Assembly (NCBI GenBank): GCA_038496445.1
Contig: JALMLS010000017.1
Span: 248,001 to 312,000, forward strand
DNA: 64,000 nucleotides
Direction of reading: 5' to 3'
Source of the DNA: Trichosphaerium sp. ATCC 40318
Lineage: Eukaryota; Protista; Tubulinea
Shown here: positions 27,322-39,360 of the stretch, one piece after another
Layout: every line of letters starts with the position of its first letter
Numbering within the stretch: position 1 is the first letter of the stretch
Position numbers and translations under genes: made by a program
The notes under the pieces: model-generated
Seen by the model: only the letters and a program-made list of their open reading frames with translations
Told to the model about the DNA's origin: nothing
Databases searched by the model: none

Positions 27322-29169
27322 ATGAAAGCAGCGTTCCTCTGTCTGTTGGTCGTGTGTACAGCACTGGCCGTTCAGTTTGTAGACAAACCATCCCCTCCTC
27401 CACCTGGGTCGCCTACGGCACCCCACCACGAACCCGAAGCCGTACTGAATTGTACACGCGAGTACGTCACTTCAGGAATCAACAATTTTTAGCTTAGTGT
27501 CGTAAGGTCAAAAGACGCTGTTTTATGCGACGGAGAGAAGTTTGAGCGCCTCGAGATTGACGAAGCTGGTATTGTTTTATTACATTGACTGTTTGCTCAC
27601 CACGAGCAGGTAGCAAGTTGTTTTGGATTCATTTGTCCATGTCGCTATTTTGCGTATTGTTTGCTGGTTTAATGTCGGGATTAACAATGGGTTTAATGTC
27701 TCTAGACGTCATGCACCTGGAGATTCTACAGAAGGTACCAACGCCAAAAACCCCGATAATATTCTGCCTAACAAATACTCAGTCGGGCTCGAAGACTGAG
27801 TCAGCGCGTGCTGGAAGAATCATACCTCTCGTAAAACGTCATCACTGGCTTTTAGTAACACTCCTATTGTGCAATGCAGCGGGTAAACTACAGACATTTG
27901 ACACTTGATCCAGCTTGCGCCCAGCTTAACTTTTTTCCCCTATGTAGCTATGGAAGCGCTCCCAATCTTCTTAGAGCACCTCGTTAACCCTATCATCGCA
28001 ATCGTAGTATCAGTCACAGCTGTACTATTTTTTGGAGAGTACGACTAGCCTTTTACTAAAATGATGTCTTTTTGCATACTTACGCTTGTAGAATTATTCC
28101 GCAAGCCATTTGTACCAGATACGGTTTGGCTATCGGCGCAAATTTATCTTGGTTTGTTTGGGGCCTCGTTGTTGTTACATCTCCACTATCTTTCCCCATC
28201 AGGTTCAACATCACTGACTTATAGTTTATTAACTGATGCTAGTTTATTGCTTGATTGTCTTCTTGGTAAAGATCATACAACGTTCTTTAGAAGAGCTGAA
28301 CTGAAAGAACTCGTTGCCATACATGCATACGCACCTGATATGCAACCTCATAAACATGGAGAAGCAAGACATGGTGGACCTTTGTCCATTGACGAAGTCA
28401 CGATTATTAAGGGCGCAATTGATATGAAGACTAAAACAGCTATTGACGTTATTACTAACTTGGATGAAGTATACATGCTCCCAATAAGTGGTAAATTAGA
28501 CAAACCAACAATGACAGAGGTAAGCTTGAATCAAACTTTATTTGTTAATCTATAACCATGGATGTAGATACGCGAGAAGAACCACAGTAGGATTCCTATT
28601 TACAGATTCAGTTCTGATCATATTATCGGAATGATTCTAACAAAGACTCTTATACTAATGGATCCTAATGACGAAACGCCATTAGACGATTTACCAATCC
28701 ATCGTATGCCTACAGTAAATGAGAACACTCCACTGTACACTTTGCTCGATATCTTCCAGACTGGGCGCAGTACGTGCTTTGTTAGTTAATTTTGTCTAAT
28801 TGCTTCATAGGTCACATGGCTGTAGTCAATAAACCAGATAATATTACACCAATTGGTGTCGTTACTCTGGAAGACGTTATAGAAGAGCTTATTCAAGAGC
28901 CTATCGAAGATGAGGCGGATAACGCTAGAGGTAAACCTGTAGTTCTCACAACCAGTGGAACAGGGATAGGTCATCGCCCTACCATTCCAAGTGCTATCGG
29001 ATTGGCACGCTCTGCGTCATCCACAACTGCAGTCCGCCGCAAGACGCCACGTTCTGATAGTACCAGTAACGATAAAGACACCAATGATAGTTTGGAACCG
29101 CTCATTCGACTGGAATCCGACGTTGAACAAGGCCCAGGCAATGTAGATGACCGTCACTCCGTAAATTAA
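27322..29169 (+). CDS. CNNM/DUF21-CBS metal transporter (MAM3-like)
   Basis: [40 protein letters not shown] pair with [15 protein letters not shown]. Confidence 0.93.
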
Positions 29170-29446
29170 CTTGTAGTGCGAATTAAAAAATAAAATCTCT
29201 GGCTGAGTTCCTCTTAACCAAGTGTGACACTTACATCCGCGTCGGATTACTTTTTCCTCACTGTAAAGGCATTGTGAGGCTCTTGGTTATGATTTGTTGA
29301 ATGACGTTTCACAAATCCTCATTGCTTTAGTCGGACGCTCCGAGCACTACTACAGAACCAAAGACAGTACAGTTTACTCAGTGCCACGCTTATTGGGCTA
29401 CAATTAAGCAAGCGATTATTTCTTTAAGTTTCAGAGCTAAACGAGC

Positions 29447-32400
29447 ATGGCAGGTGGGCAGTTTGACTTTGAGGCTAAGTGGGTTGAGCTGCAGAAAGGC
29501 CTAGAGCTGATAGTAAATATCTGCTTCAATATTGATAAAGAGAGCAAGATCGACTTCAAGGAATGGCAGTTGCTTTACCAGTATCCTTACTACTTCATTT
29601 AAATACTCTAGCATCTATTACACTTAACTATAGAGCGTTGTGTATACCTGGTGCACCAGACAAGAGGACGCAAAAAAGGATGAGCTGTATCAGAAAGTAG
29701 CTGATTTTTTCGTCGTTACTGTCGAGAAACAAGAAGAGGTAGTTATTTGTAATTTTATGCCGCGTTTTTAACGTAGTGTAACGTCTTTGTTGTAGATCTT
29801 GCGTGAAAAGACAGGTGTCGTACTTTTACGCAATTTCCTTAGTTTATTCAAGTATTACACAACCGCCTCTAAGATGATCAAAAAAATTTTCCAATACATG
29901 GTACGTGCATTTACAATTTAGGTATTTAACGATAAAAAGCACCGTTATTGGATCCCAGCGCAACAGCAGGCGCAACAAGAAAAGAAAGTCAGAGATGTTG
30001 ATGTGGTAAGTGAACTAATTACGTCTAAAATAGCCGTCATCCATAAACAACTTTAAAGCGCTTCACGACAGGCTATTTTATTCTTCGAATGGTCAAGTAA
30101 CGTGTTAACATAATCTTTTTAAGCTCTCGCTCGTTAAATGGCGTACGCACTGCTATGACAAACTCAAACCAAAAATATTGGCTGCTCTACTAGGTAACTA
30201 ATACATACTTTAACGCAAATTTTGAAAAATTCAGTTTAAAAAAAAAGGCAAAAAAACTGACCAACAAATGCTTTGCTTACACTGAATAGACCTTGCTGAT
30301 CTCGACAGAAATGGTGAAACTGTAGATAAGAGTCTTTTTTCTAATATGGTCCAAGCCTACAGTGCGTAGAGATGATAAGATTGGATGATAAAAGTCGATT
30401 AATTTTTTTTCTTTTTTATTTTAGTTCAACTTGGTGTAAATGAAGAACAACCTGTATTGTTTTATCAGACAGAATTTCAAGACCCTTTCATTGCTCGCAC
30501 AGAAGCTTTTTATATTAAAGAATCTGATAATTACTTGCAAGAGAACAGCGTCTCACAGTATATGCAAAAAGCTGAGGAGCGGTTGAAGCATGAAGAAGGC
30601 AATGCTCGTGGTTATTTACACCCTGAAACAGAACCAGTGGTGCGTTTGAGTTCTTTGTCAAGAAGAAAGCAGTATTATTTGTTTGGTTTTTTTTTTTCAT
30701 TAGAAAAAGGAATTACTTGCGCTAGTTACCTTGCTGATACGTTTTTTAATTTAGTTGCAAGCAGCTTGTGAAAGTGTATTAATTGAACGACATAATGAAA
30801 TCCTTCAAAATGAATTCCAAACTATGTTGCGAGACGAAAAGGAAGATGGTGCGGACTCATTCTTTTTTGTTGTTGTGTTTGGTTTCTAAATATTTTTTTC
30901 TTGCTTAGATATGCAGCGCTTTTACTTTTTATTGTCACGTATCGATAGTGGTTTGAATGCTAGTTCTGCTACAATGAAAAATTTTCTAAAGGAAGTCGGA
31001 AACGGTGTCATTGTTGAACAATCAACTAAACTCGATACAAAAAAAGCGCTTAAAAATTCTGTACCTTTCATGCATGAGCTTCTTGCTGTACACAAAAAGT
31101 ATGTTGGTATTATACGCAAGTGCTTTTCTGATCACAAGCTATTTATCCAAGCTATGGACGAGGTACGTTATAATAGTTCTTATGGACGTCATAGTGGGCG
31201 GAAAAAAAAGTTTTTTTTTTGAATTTTTTTTTTCATTTCTAATACCTTGTGTTAAGGCATTTACCTTCTTTGTCAATAAAGAAGTAGGCGTATTCTCTAT
31301 GGCTGAACTTCTTAATTTCTTTGTTGATCATGTTCTCAAAGGAAATGAAAAATTGGCTGAAGATCAACTTGAAGAGACTCTTGAGGCTACTGTCCGCTTG
31401 TTTACTTATTTTGATGATAAGGATGTATTCTACATGTCCTTCAGACGATCATTGAGTAAGCGTCTACTATCCAGAAAAGTAAATGAAGATGCTGAGCGCA
31501 GTTTTATCGGAAAACTAAAGGTGAGTTGTTAAGGTTTTTTTTTGTTACTTTTGCTGTATTGACATTTTTATAGATGAGTTGTGGTGATGCCTATACTAAG
31601 AAGTTGGAGGGTATGTTCAATGATATCAAGCTAGCAAGCGAAAAACAACAACACTTTAAAAACTGGATGGTCGAGAAAGGAAATACTCAAACTGTTGATC
31701 TATCGGTCATGGTAAGAACTCTTTATTGTTTTTTAAAGCTTATTAAGTCGTTTTAAGGTACTCAACGACTTATACTGGCCGCTTAGTAAACAAACTGAGT
31801 TGCAACTTCCAACTGAACTCATTCAATGTGTTGGCTTTTTTGAAGAATACTATCACACGTACGATGTTCAATTCGCTTGGGGTACACTTATTTTTGCTTA
31901 CTTATGTTGTAGAACAACAGAAAAGAGAAAGTTGAAGTGGATTTACAATCAAGGAACTATATCTGTCTATAGAACATACAAGGATGCTAAAGGACGAGCA
32001 AGGAGGCTAGAATGTGTTGTTTCATGTATTCAAGCTTGTATTCTTAACCTTTTCAATGATAATAATGAAATGACGTTTAAAGAAGCACAGAAACAACTCA
32101 ACTTATCTCCAGACGTCCTAAAATTTTCCATACATCCATTGATATTCGCAAAGTCTAGACTCTTGACACGAAAGAAGATTGAAGGAGCAAAACGTACGAG
32201 AATTGTTTCCTTTTTTTTTTTTCTCCGTGAAAGAAGGCTTGCGAGGTGTAAAGGAGGTGAATGTTTTGTTTTTCTGAGTGTTTCTTTAGCTGTTGGAAGG
32301 AAACCTATTGACGAAGAAGATATTTTTGTCCCATTCAACTTCCGTAAAGTACCAAAGAACAGAATCCAGTATCCTCCTGGATCCACACGCTTGATTAAAA

Positions 32401-32840
32401 AGGAATCTAAGGAAGTCCAAGATAGAACTAAACATGAGGTATGTATTATCCACATGCAGACTTTTTTAATTGAATGTCACAAGTGTCACGTGATAAATAT
32501 TTTTGTGATGTTTTGTTTTATTTGTTTTTTTTATTTACCGTTTGTTTCTAGCGTATTATAAAGATTGAACTTTCTCTTGTACGTGTGATGAAAGCACGTA
32601 ACGTATTATCTGTAAATGAGCTTATCACTGAGGCTTCTAAACAATTACTAAAATTCTTCCGACCGGATCCTCGTTTGGTAAAGAAAAGAATTGAAACACT
32701 TATGGAACGCGGTTTTATGCGTCGAGGTACGTTCTCTGTTAACATGTCTTTAATTTTTTTTTGTTGCTGTTCGTTCTTCTGAACTAAGTGGTTTGTTTAT
32801 AGATGATGCTGATCAAAAGGTTATCCATTACGTTGCTTAA
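29447..32840 (+). CDS. Cullin (CUL1-like)
   Basis: YQTEFQDPFI..EAFY, DKDVFY..LSKRLL, KLEGMFNDI, RKLKW, neddylation motif VRVMKAR, KKRIETLMERGFMRR..IHYVA*. Confidence 0.93.
29581..29635 (+). other. U12-type (minor spliceosome) GT-AG intron, first intron of the cullin
   Basis: Donor GTATCCTT; branch CTTAAC about 8 nt before the AG; only the second AG keeps the frame (LYHVVYTWC). Confidence 0.8.
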
Positions 32841-33057
32841 GAGTGCTTGACTTTAGCGTGTAAAAAACGTCTTCACACAAAAAAAAAGCAAAGAAAAAAA
32901 ATGAAATAAAAACGCCTAGCGAGACACTGTAATAAAATTTGCGCTTGTAAAGGAAGATTACAGTTTTTTTCGAATTGTTTGTCTTTTCGTTAGGTTGACT
33001 TTGTTTGAACCTACATTCGCACATAACGTTACAAATAGCGACAAGAAATGGCTGTAC

Positions 33058-34054
33058 ATGCTTGGTGTTTGTAGCGCTCCCTTTGTACTGCGATTGTGTC
33101 ATGTAAATAGGTACCAACGCTACAGAACACTCCATTCGCTTTTATATTAGCGTAGCCCCTTATTGAGTAGCTTTAAATGTGTTCTCTAACGAACAGTACA
33201 GTAAAAAGGTACATAGTGTACCAGGCACCAAGCACGTAACGGGAAAAACTATTGGGGCAATAAATACGGACTGTCCAAACAGTACAGCAAATTACACAAA
33301 GCCAAGACACTACAACATAACCTACAATCATAAGAGGTGAATTATAGACGTCTGCTGTTTACCAGTACTTACAACAAAGTTAGTAATCTTGTACAACCAT
33401 TACCGAAGCGTAGACGCTTACCCCACAAGCACTGGACCGTGCACGAGAACATAGTACACTTTGCTAGGTTTGTAAGTATACATCACTTTAGTTGGGCTTT
33501 ATTTACCATTTTCAGGCAGAAGCTTCATTGAAAATTGTAAGTGTAACGGATTGGTTCAACGTGGCGTATCGAGATCTTCTTTTAATAGATGGAGGTAGAT
33601 CTGTTATGAATCACTTTGATTGTTCTACAAGACGCTTCTTAAAAAGCGTTTATCCTGATGTAGATTGGCATCCTTGGAAATTCAGTACAACTATACCTTT
33701 CATGGGAAAAGTTTTTATTTACATGTTTTTCAGAAAATTTGGCACAACACGTGTGGACAAACAAAAATCACGTGGAAACTTTTTTGGATGGACTTGCATC
33801 TAGATTGAGAATAAAAATTGTAGAGGATCTTACTCGTGTGTCAATGGCACAACTTGATAACAACGGCGGAAGGTGGGTCTTAAGTTTTTTTTTGCAAAGC
33901 TAATGAGATTAGAGGTTTACGTGAGTATTGGCCGGATGTTTTACCTCAAGTGTACCCAAATATTGAATGGAGATTAGAAAGCGATTCTTCAAATGTTATA
34001 AGATACCAACAGGTTACGTTGGTGAACTGTACATCAGAGTTGTTAAGACGATAG
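33058..34054 (+). CDS. Protist helical-repeat protein (W..N / DW / GG / VYP..W repeats); boundaries approximate
   Basis: HWTVHENI..DWFNV..GGRSVM..LKSVYPDVDWHPWKF, then a second copy GGRGL..LPQVYPNIEW. Confidence 0.55.
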
Positions 34055-34087
34055 TAAAACGTATTAAATTACTAAACTTTATTCTAA

Positions 34088-36718
34088 TTAATTGGTTGTT
34101 GTGGTTCTAACTGATGTTGTTGACATTGAGCGTGTTATTCTTGTAGGCTTTCTTCGTAATTCCCAAGGAACAAGAACACGTCTAATAGGTGGAACTGTGA
34201 ATATAATACCTATAACGAGCGCTATAACGATCTAGTACAATAATTAACATCAAACTGTAAATCTTTGTCTTTTTTTTGACTTACAAGAACGCCCACACCA
34301 GCTGCAACAATACCAATGGGAAACTCTCTATCACACTCTTGTTTAATAGAAAACACGCCATGTAGCCTATAAAAACAAACTCAGTAAAGTGCAACAAAGA
34401 AGCATAATTACGGAAAAGGAAAATAATGAGAATAGTTTTGTACCCAACACTTGATGTCTCTTGGTATACTTCGTAGCATTCTGGTTCTTCTTGTATTATA
34501 ACTCTACTACCTACTACGCAGCTTGAAGATATTATCAAAATCTTACTTGTTTTGGCTGGATCAATCTGTGATACGTTAATGTTCAACACTCCGCTATCTG
34601 AGTTAGTGAAACAGCCCGATATGACAAGTGGATTGTTTCCATTGTGGAGTAGCGTTACAGTTCCGTTGTTGATGAAATCTCCTGTTATTGTTATAGAATC
34701 GTTGACAATAATATCAATATTATTTAGGACATCTCCTGTAATTGTACACGAGCTCACATTGGCACTACATTTTAAGCAAGCTTCTGATGAACATTCAGCT
34801 AAAAAAATATTCAGTCTTGATGGTTTATTAAAATGTAGTCTGTACTTGAGCTCTTGTTCACTTTTGGTGATATAGTTGGAGTGTTTGCCCTCGATAAAAA
34901 ATATGTAGGTGCTGTCGTTGATTGCGTGGGTTCCGGAGGTCGTGTAGGTTGTATTGTGGATTGTATGGTTGGTGTGGCCGTTGGCACTTGAAACATTGAA
35001 GCACATGGCATGTATGTATTCAAAAGTGGGTCAGTGAAGTGCATATTTTCTATAAATAATGTAAGCTGATAGGAAAGGAAATCACTCAATTGGTGAAAAC
35101 AAGGGCAAAAAGAAAAAAGTAAGAAAAAGTAAGCTTACGTCCACAACATGAAGATAAATTGCAAACATCGCAGGGAATGCTATTTCCTGTAATGGTAGAG
35201 CCACACGCACTTGTGGCACCACAAAATAAGACGCTATCAGCGAATGTAAGGTGTGTACTAATGCCACAACCAATGTCGGTTTCGATTGCTTCAAAAGGCT
35301 TAGATAAACGAAACAATAGTACAACTTACATGGATGGAATGCAGTGTATCTAGAGTAAATATTAGTCACTACTATTATACTTTTGGCTCTCACCTTAAGT
35401 TTAAGTCCGCGTTTGCATATACAACCTGTCGATTCACATCTCTTTGTTGCTGATCAGTTTTTTTGATAAATGTATTGACTTACGCTAAGTGGCAGTTATC
35501 CGAGAAGTACGATGATTCTATTGTGAGTGCGCTTCCTGAATAAATGGCACATCCTAGATATAACTAAATATTAGTTGTATTGAGATGATAACGATACCTT
35601 GAACGCCTGTAATAGGAGAAAGACCAGATAGCGAATTATTTAAGAAAACTGAGTTTTTAACTACAAGTATAGTGTTGCTCGAAAACACGGCGCCTCCACG
35701 TATCGATAAACCTTAGGTATCTCGTGTTAGTACGTCGCGTTAGAAATACAACTGAATACCATGTGACTCCACAGAATTTCTATCGAACAAGCATCCGTCA
35801 ATATCAGCCTTTTCAACGGATTAATTTACGAAACTACAGTGGTCGTACTTGTGATACACTGTCAACGAACATAGCACCGCCTATTCAATGTTATTAACAC
35901 CACTGCTGTGAAAGCAAAAAAAGGAGTTTCTAATGGCATACCTTCGGCTTCTACTAAGCTGACAACGCTATTTTCTATAAAATGACATTGACTCATGTCT
36001 AAGGATGAAGCAGCTGTTATAAACAATCCTGCGCCTTTTGAAGAAGCGTCACGTTTCACCGTATTATTAATAAACTTAGTTCTTGTAATTTCGATTGCAC
36101 TACCACCTCTTTAACAACCAATACGTGATAGGCTATAGTAATTACTACCTGGTAAATATGGTCAAAGCACCTCCTATAGGGTTGTTTATAGCATTGAGGT
36201 CTCTGAAAATACAATCTCTGTAGACGATGTTAACACTCACGTTGAATCTTAAAACCAAAAAAAAATCACGTGCGTTACAGAAACAGTCCGAGCATGATTT
36301 ATGATAACTTGACAACCAACAAAATCTATGTTCTCAAAAGTAACTCGTTTATCTTCTCCGTTAATGACAGAATATGAATCGCACGTGACTTCAACCCTTC
36401 CACCAACTAGTGTCGTTAACTTGAATAAAACACGGAATAATTTTATGGAATAACAACCGTACACGAGTTCACCACGACATCGCTTTGTATGCTCACATGG
36501 TTTGAAAGCGTATGAGCAAAGTTGCCAAGTGTAATTGACGACAAATTTTGGGATAAATAGCATGAAAGGTCATTAGCGCATGGCGAAGTCTGGGATGTCA
36601 TTTCTTGAAAAAAAAATATGAGTTGGGCTAGTTTGGGCATATTTGTGACGTCACCTCCAACACTTTTTCCCAAATAGAATGCTACTATTACAAAACATAA
36701 TATACAGGGATAACTCAT
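34088..36718 (-). CDS. Type I surface protein with GGA-type beta-helix (Pmp/pectin-lyase-like) repeats and a Pro/Thr stalk
   Basis: Signal peptide MSYPCILCFVIVAFY; GGAL/GAGL/RGGAVFS repeats with FxxN; stalk PTATPTIQSTIQPTRPPEPT; TM followed by IRRVLVPW. Confidence 0.7.
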
Positions 36719-36970
36719 ATACTGCACGTGATGCATTTGTACACCCAAGATCCTCGCTGGTTTTGAGCCTAACTTAACATACACGTCAGGTAAACTAAAC
36801 CGAAATACTTATTAACTTCACCTGCTTTCAGTGAATCTAGTGCATTTATTTGTTTCTCGCTTTATAATCAATAATGATGGTACCATTACTTCGAGTGAAC
36901 GGTAGCATATTGATTGTTGTTGGAATTAAGAGGTGTAATTGCAAAAGCAAAGCAAAGATACAGGTATCTT

Positions 36971-37881
36971 TTACAATTCTGCTTTTCTAGTATCGGGTTT
37001 GCTCTCTTGTTCTGGTATACTTTTTTCGTATATTGGTACGGTGTGAAGTAGTTCTAACAATTCCTTCAAAGTTTTTGTTGTGTCTGCAATCTAATAGTAA
37101 CAGTAAGAAATAGTTGTTTTCAAATGTTTGATGTTAAATCAATTTCTTTTCTGGTCACTTGTAATACCTCACTGTCAGCGTTGCACGTGTTGTAACCGTA
37201 TGTATCAATACCTATGATACCCATGCATTTGTTGATCATACTTATTATACCATTGTACCATTTATCACGAGTATCACAAAGGTAATTAAACTTCATTGCG
37301 CTCGTGACAGCAACAATTTTGGGTATTTCTTTTGATAACTTATCATAGGCTTTAACAGCACTGTCTCTTGAGATCTGTACGCGTATTGCCTTTTCCTCGG
37401 AACTGCGGAGTAAGCTTTGGATCATTGCTCCGTTCATCGTGTCGATAATGTCTTCAACCTCAATCACAGTCCGTCTACTGAAACGAAGATAAACAAAAAA
37501 TACCATACTTAATCCTCATTTCTTACTGTCGCTTGGCAGAACCAGCCAAGCGATAAATAGTCTCCCAGCTTTCTATAAGTTTATAGTGAACTATTGCCAG
37601 TGTGCAGTGATCCACCAACCAATGAGCAGCGTCGTGAAGCTCATCAATGTGTTTTTCTCTATCAGCCTCAGAAAACAATGTTTCTGTTGTATTTAGCCTT
37701 AATTATAGCGTAAATCATCGTCAAAACAAGCTTTCACGTTGTTTGTCACGTGCCTTTTATTTGCATACGCTAGAATGACCTTACCATGCTTATATCGCTC
37801 TTTTATATCCATTAAGTGGTCTGGAGTGATAATAGCGTGTGCGCCAACTAGAATAAGCGCCATGACCACTATTACGTTCAT
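36971..37881 (-). CDS. Hypothetical secretory-pathway protein ending in KAEL
   Basis: Signal peptide MNVIVVMALILVGAHA; four exons joined by GT-AG introns; last exon ends ...PDTRKAEL*. Confidence 0.7.
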
Positions 37882-38168
37882 GATTGCCTTGTGACAGTAT
37901 CAAACAAAAGCAAAGCGTTGTAGCCACAATGGGTAAAGAAAAAAGTCTCAGCCCGATCTTTGGTGCCTTGGTCAAGAAAGGTATTGTGCGTCTTTTCATG
38001 TTAGCCTGCTAAGTATACAATCGCGAGACTGTTCGGAAACACTAGTTTTAGATATTTTTGTTACATCCGGATGTAATAGTTTGTCCGGATAAACTAATTT
38101 GAGCGCAACCACAAAAAATATATCCGGAGGATTCTCCACTTCAAAAACAATAACACAACGACCACGTC

Positions 38169-39034
38169 ATGTCTGCAACAACATCTAAACTACATACTGT
38201 ATCATTCTGGGATAACCTGGCAAGCCAAAAGAAAGGCGGTGATAGCATCGGAATAAGTATGATGAAACAACACATGCGACACGTTGTGGCTGCTATGCCA
38301 AAGCCAAAGAAAGGACAGGTTATTCTAGATATTGGCGTCGGTGGTGGCACGGGATTGAAAGTTCTTGAAGAAGCTTACGGTGAAACTGGTGCAACATTTC
38401 ATGGCATTGACTTCTCTCCTAAGATGATAGCCGTTTGCAAGGATTTGAAACTTCCTCACGTGACTAGATTAGAGGTAAGGCTTTTGTATACAGTAACGTC
38501 TCTATTAATACATACGTTAAGGTCCAAGATATGTGTAAAATGGACAAGCTTGCTGATGAAACCTACGACTTCGTTGTAAGCTCGTTTGCAATGGAGTTTG
38601 CGCCAAATCACGTCACGGCATTTACTGAACTCTGTCGAATCTTGAAAAAAGGATCATCAGCTTATATCCTAGGATGGACTGATCTGACTCCAATGTCTCC
38701 AATAGGTCGTATTAGAGCCAAACTGTCACCAGGAAATAAACCATATTTTGGACATTCACCTACACTGAACGACAAAGCAGTGTTTGAAGAAATTACGAAA
38801 AAAGCAGGATTCTCAAGCTTTTCTTTTAACCATGTTGAAGGAACTTTTACTGGTACTGTTGGCGATTGGATTGGTAATATAAAAGCAGAGCGTAGTCTTG
38901 GGGCCATTGGATCTGATGTTTCTGAGAAGCAATTTGCAAGTGCTGCTGAAGAAGTCCTTAATGAAATGTTTGGTATTTCTGATGGTCGTTTCACTCAAGT
39001 AACAAGAGCTTGGTTACTTGTAGCCACTAAGTGA
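38169..39034 (+). CDS. Class I SAM-dependent methyltransferase
   Basis: ILDIGVGGG, GIDFSPKM, YDFVVSSF, ELCRILKKG; one intron at about 38475-38521. Confidence 0.9.
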
Positions 39035-39360
39035 AATATTGTAGGATATAATAAAGCCACCGTTCCCCTTCTTTTTAAGTTGCCCGTAACTATAGAATCT
39101 ATTTATATTATCAAAATTGCTAAAGTTACAACTGGCAATTGTCATTGTTATCCATCTTTTTTTTTGGAGCTTACGCTTTTTTATATTATATTTTACCGAT
39201 CCTACATGTAAGGCCAATGTACACTTGAGCGATTCCTTTTGTAGTATTGAGGAAATACATAGTCAATGCTAAGTCAACCAACTGTCGCGTTTCGAGGACT
39301 CATTAATTCTCGTAACCGAATAGGACACAATATTATTGGTAACCTTACGCCAAAACAAGA

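Noticed and set aside
32368-32378. GTATCC look-alikes here and near 5109, 45519 and 49968
   Set aside because: They lie in coding sequence (QYPP, KYPN), antisense to DTAG, or inside another intron.
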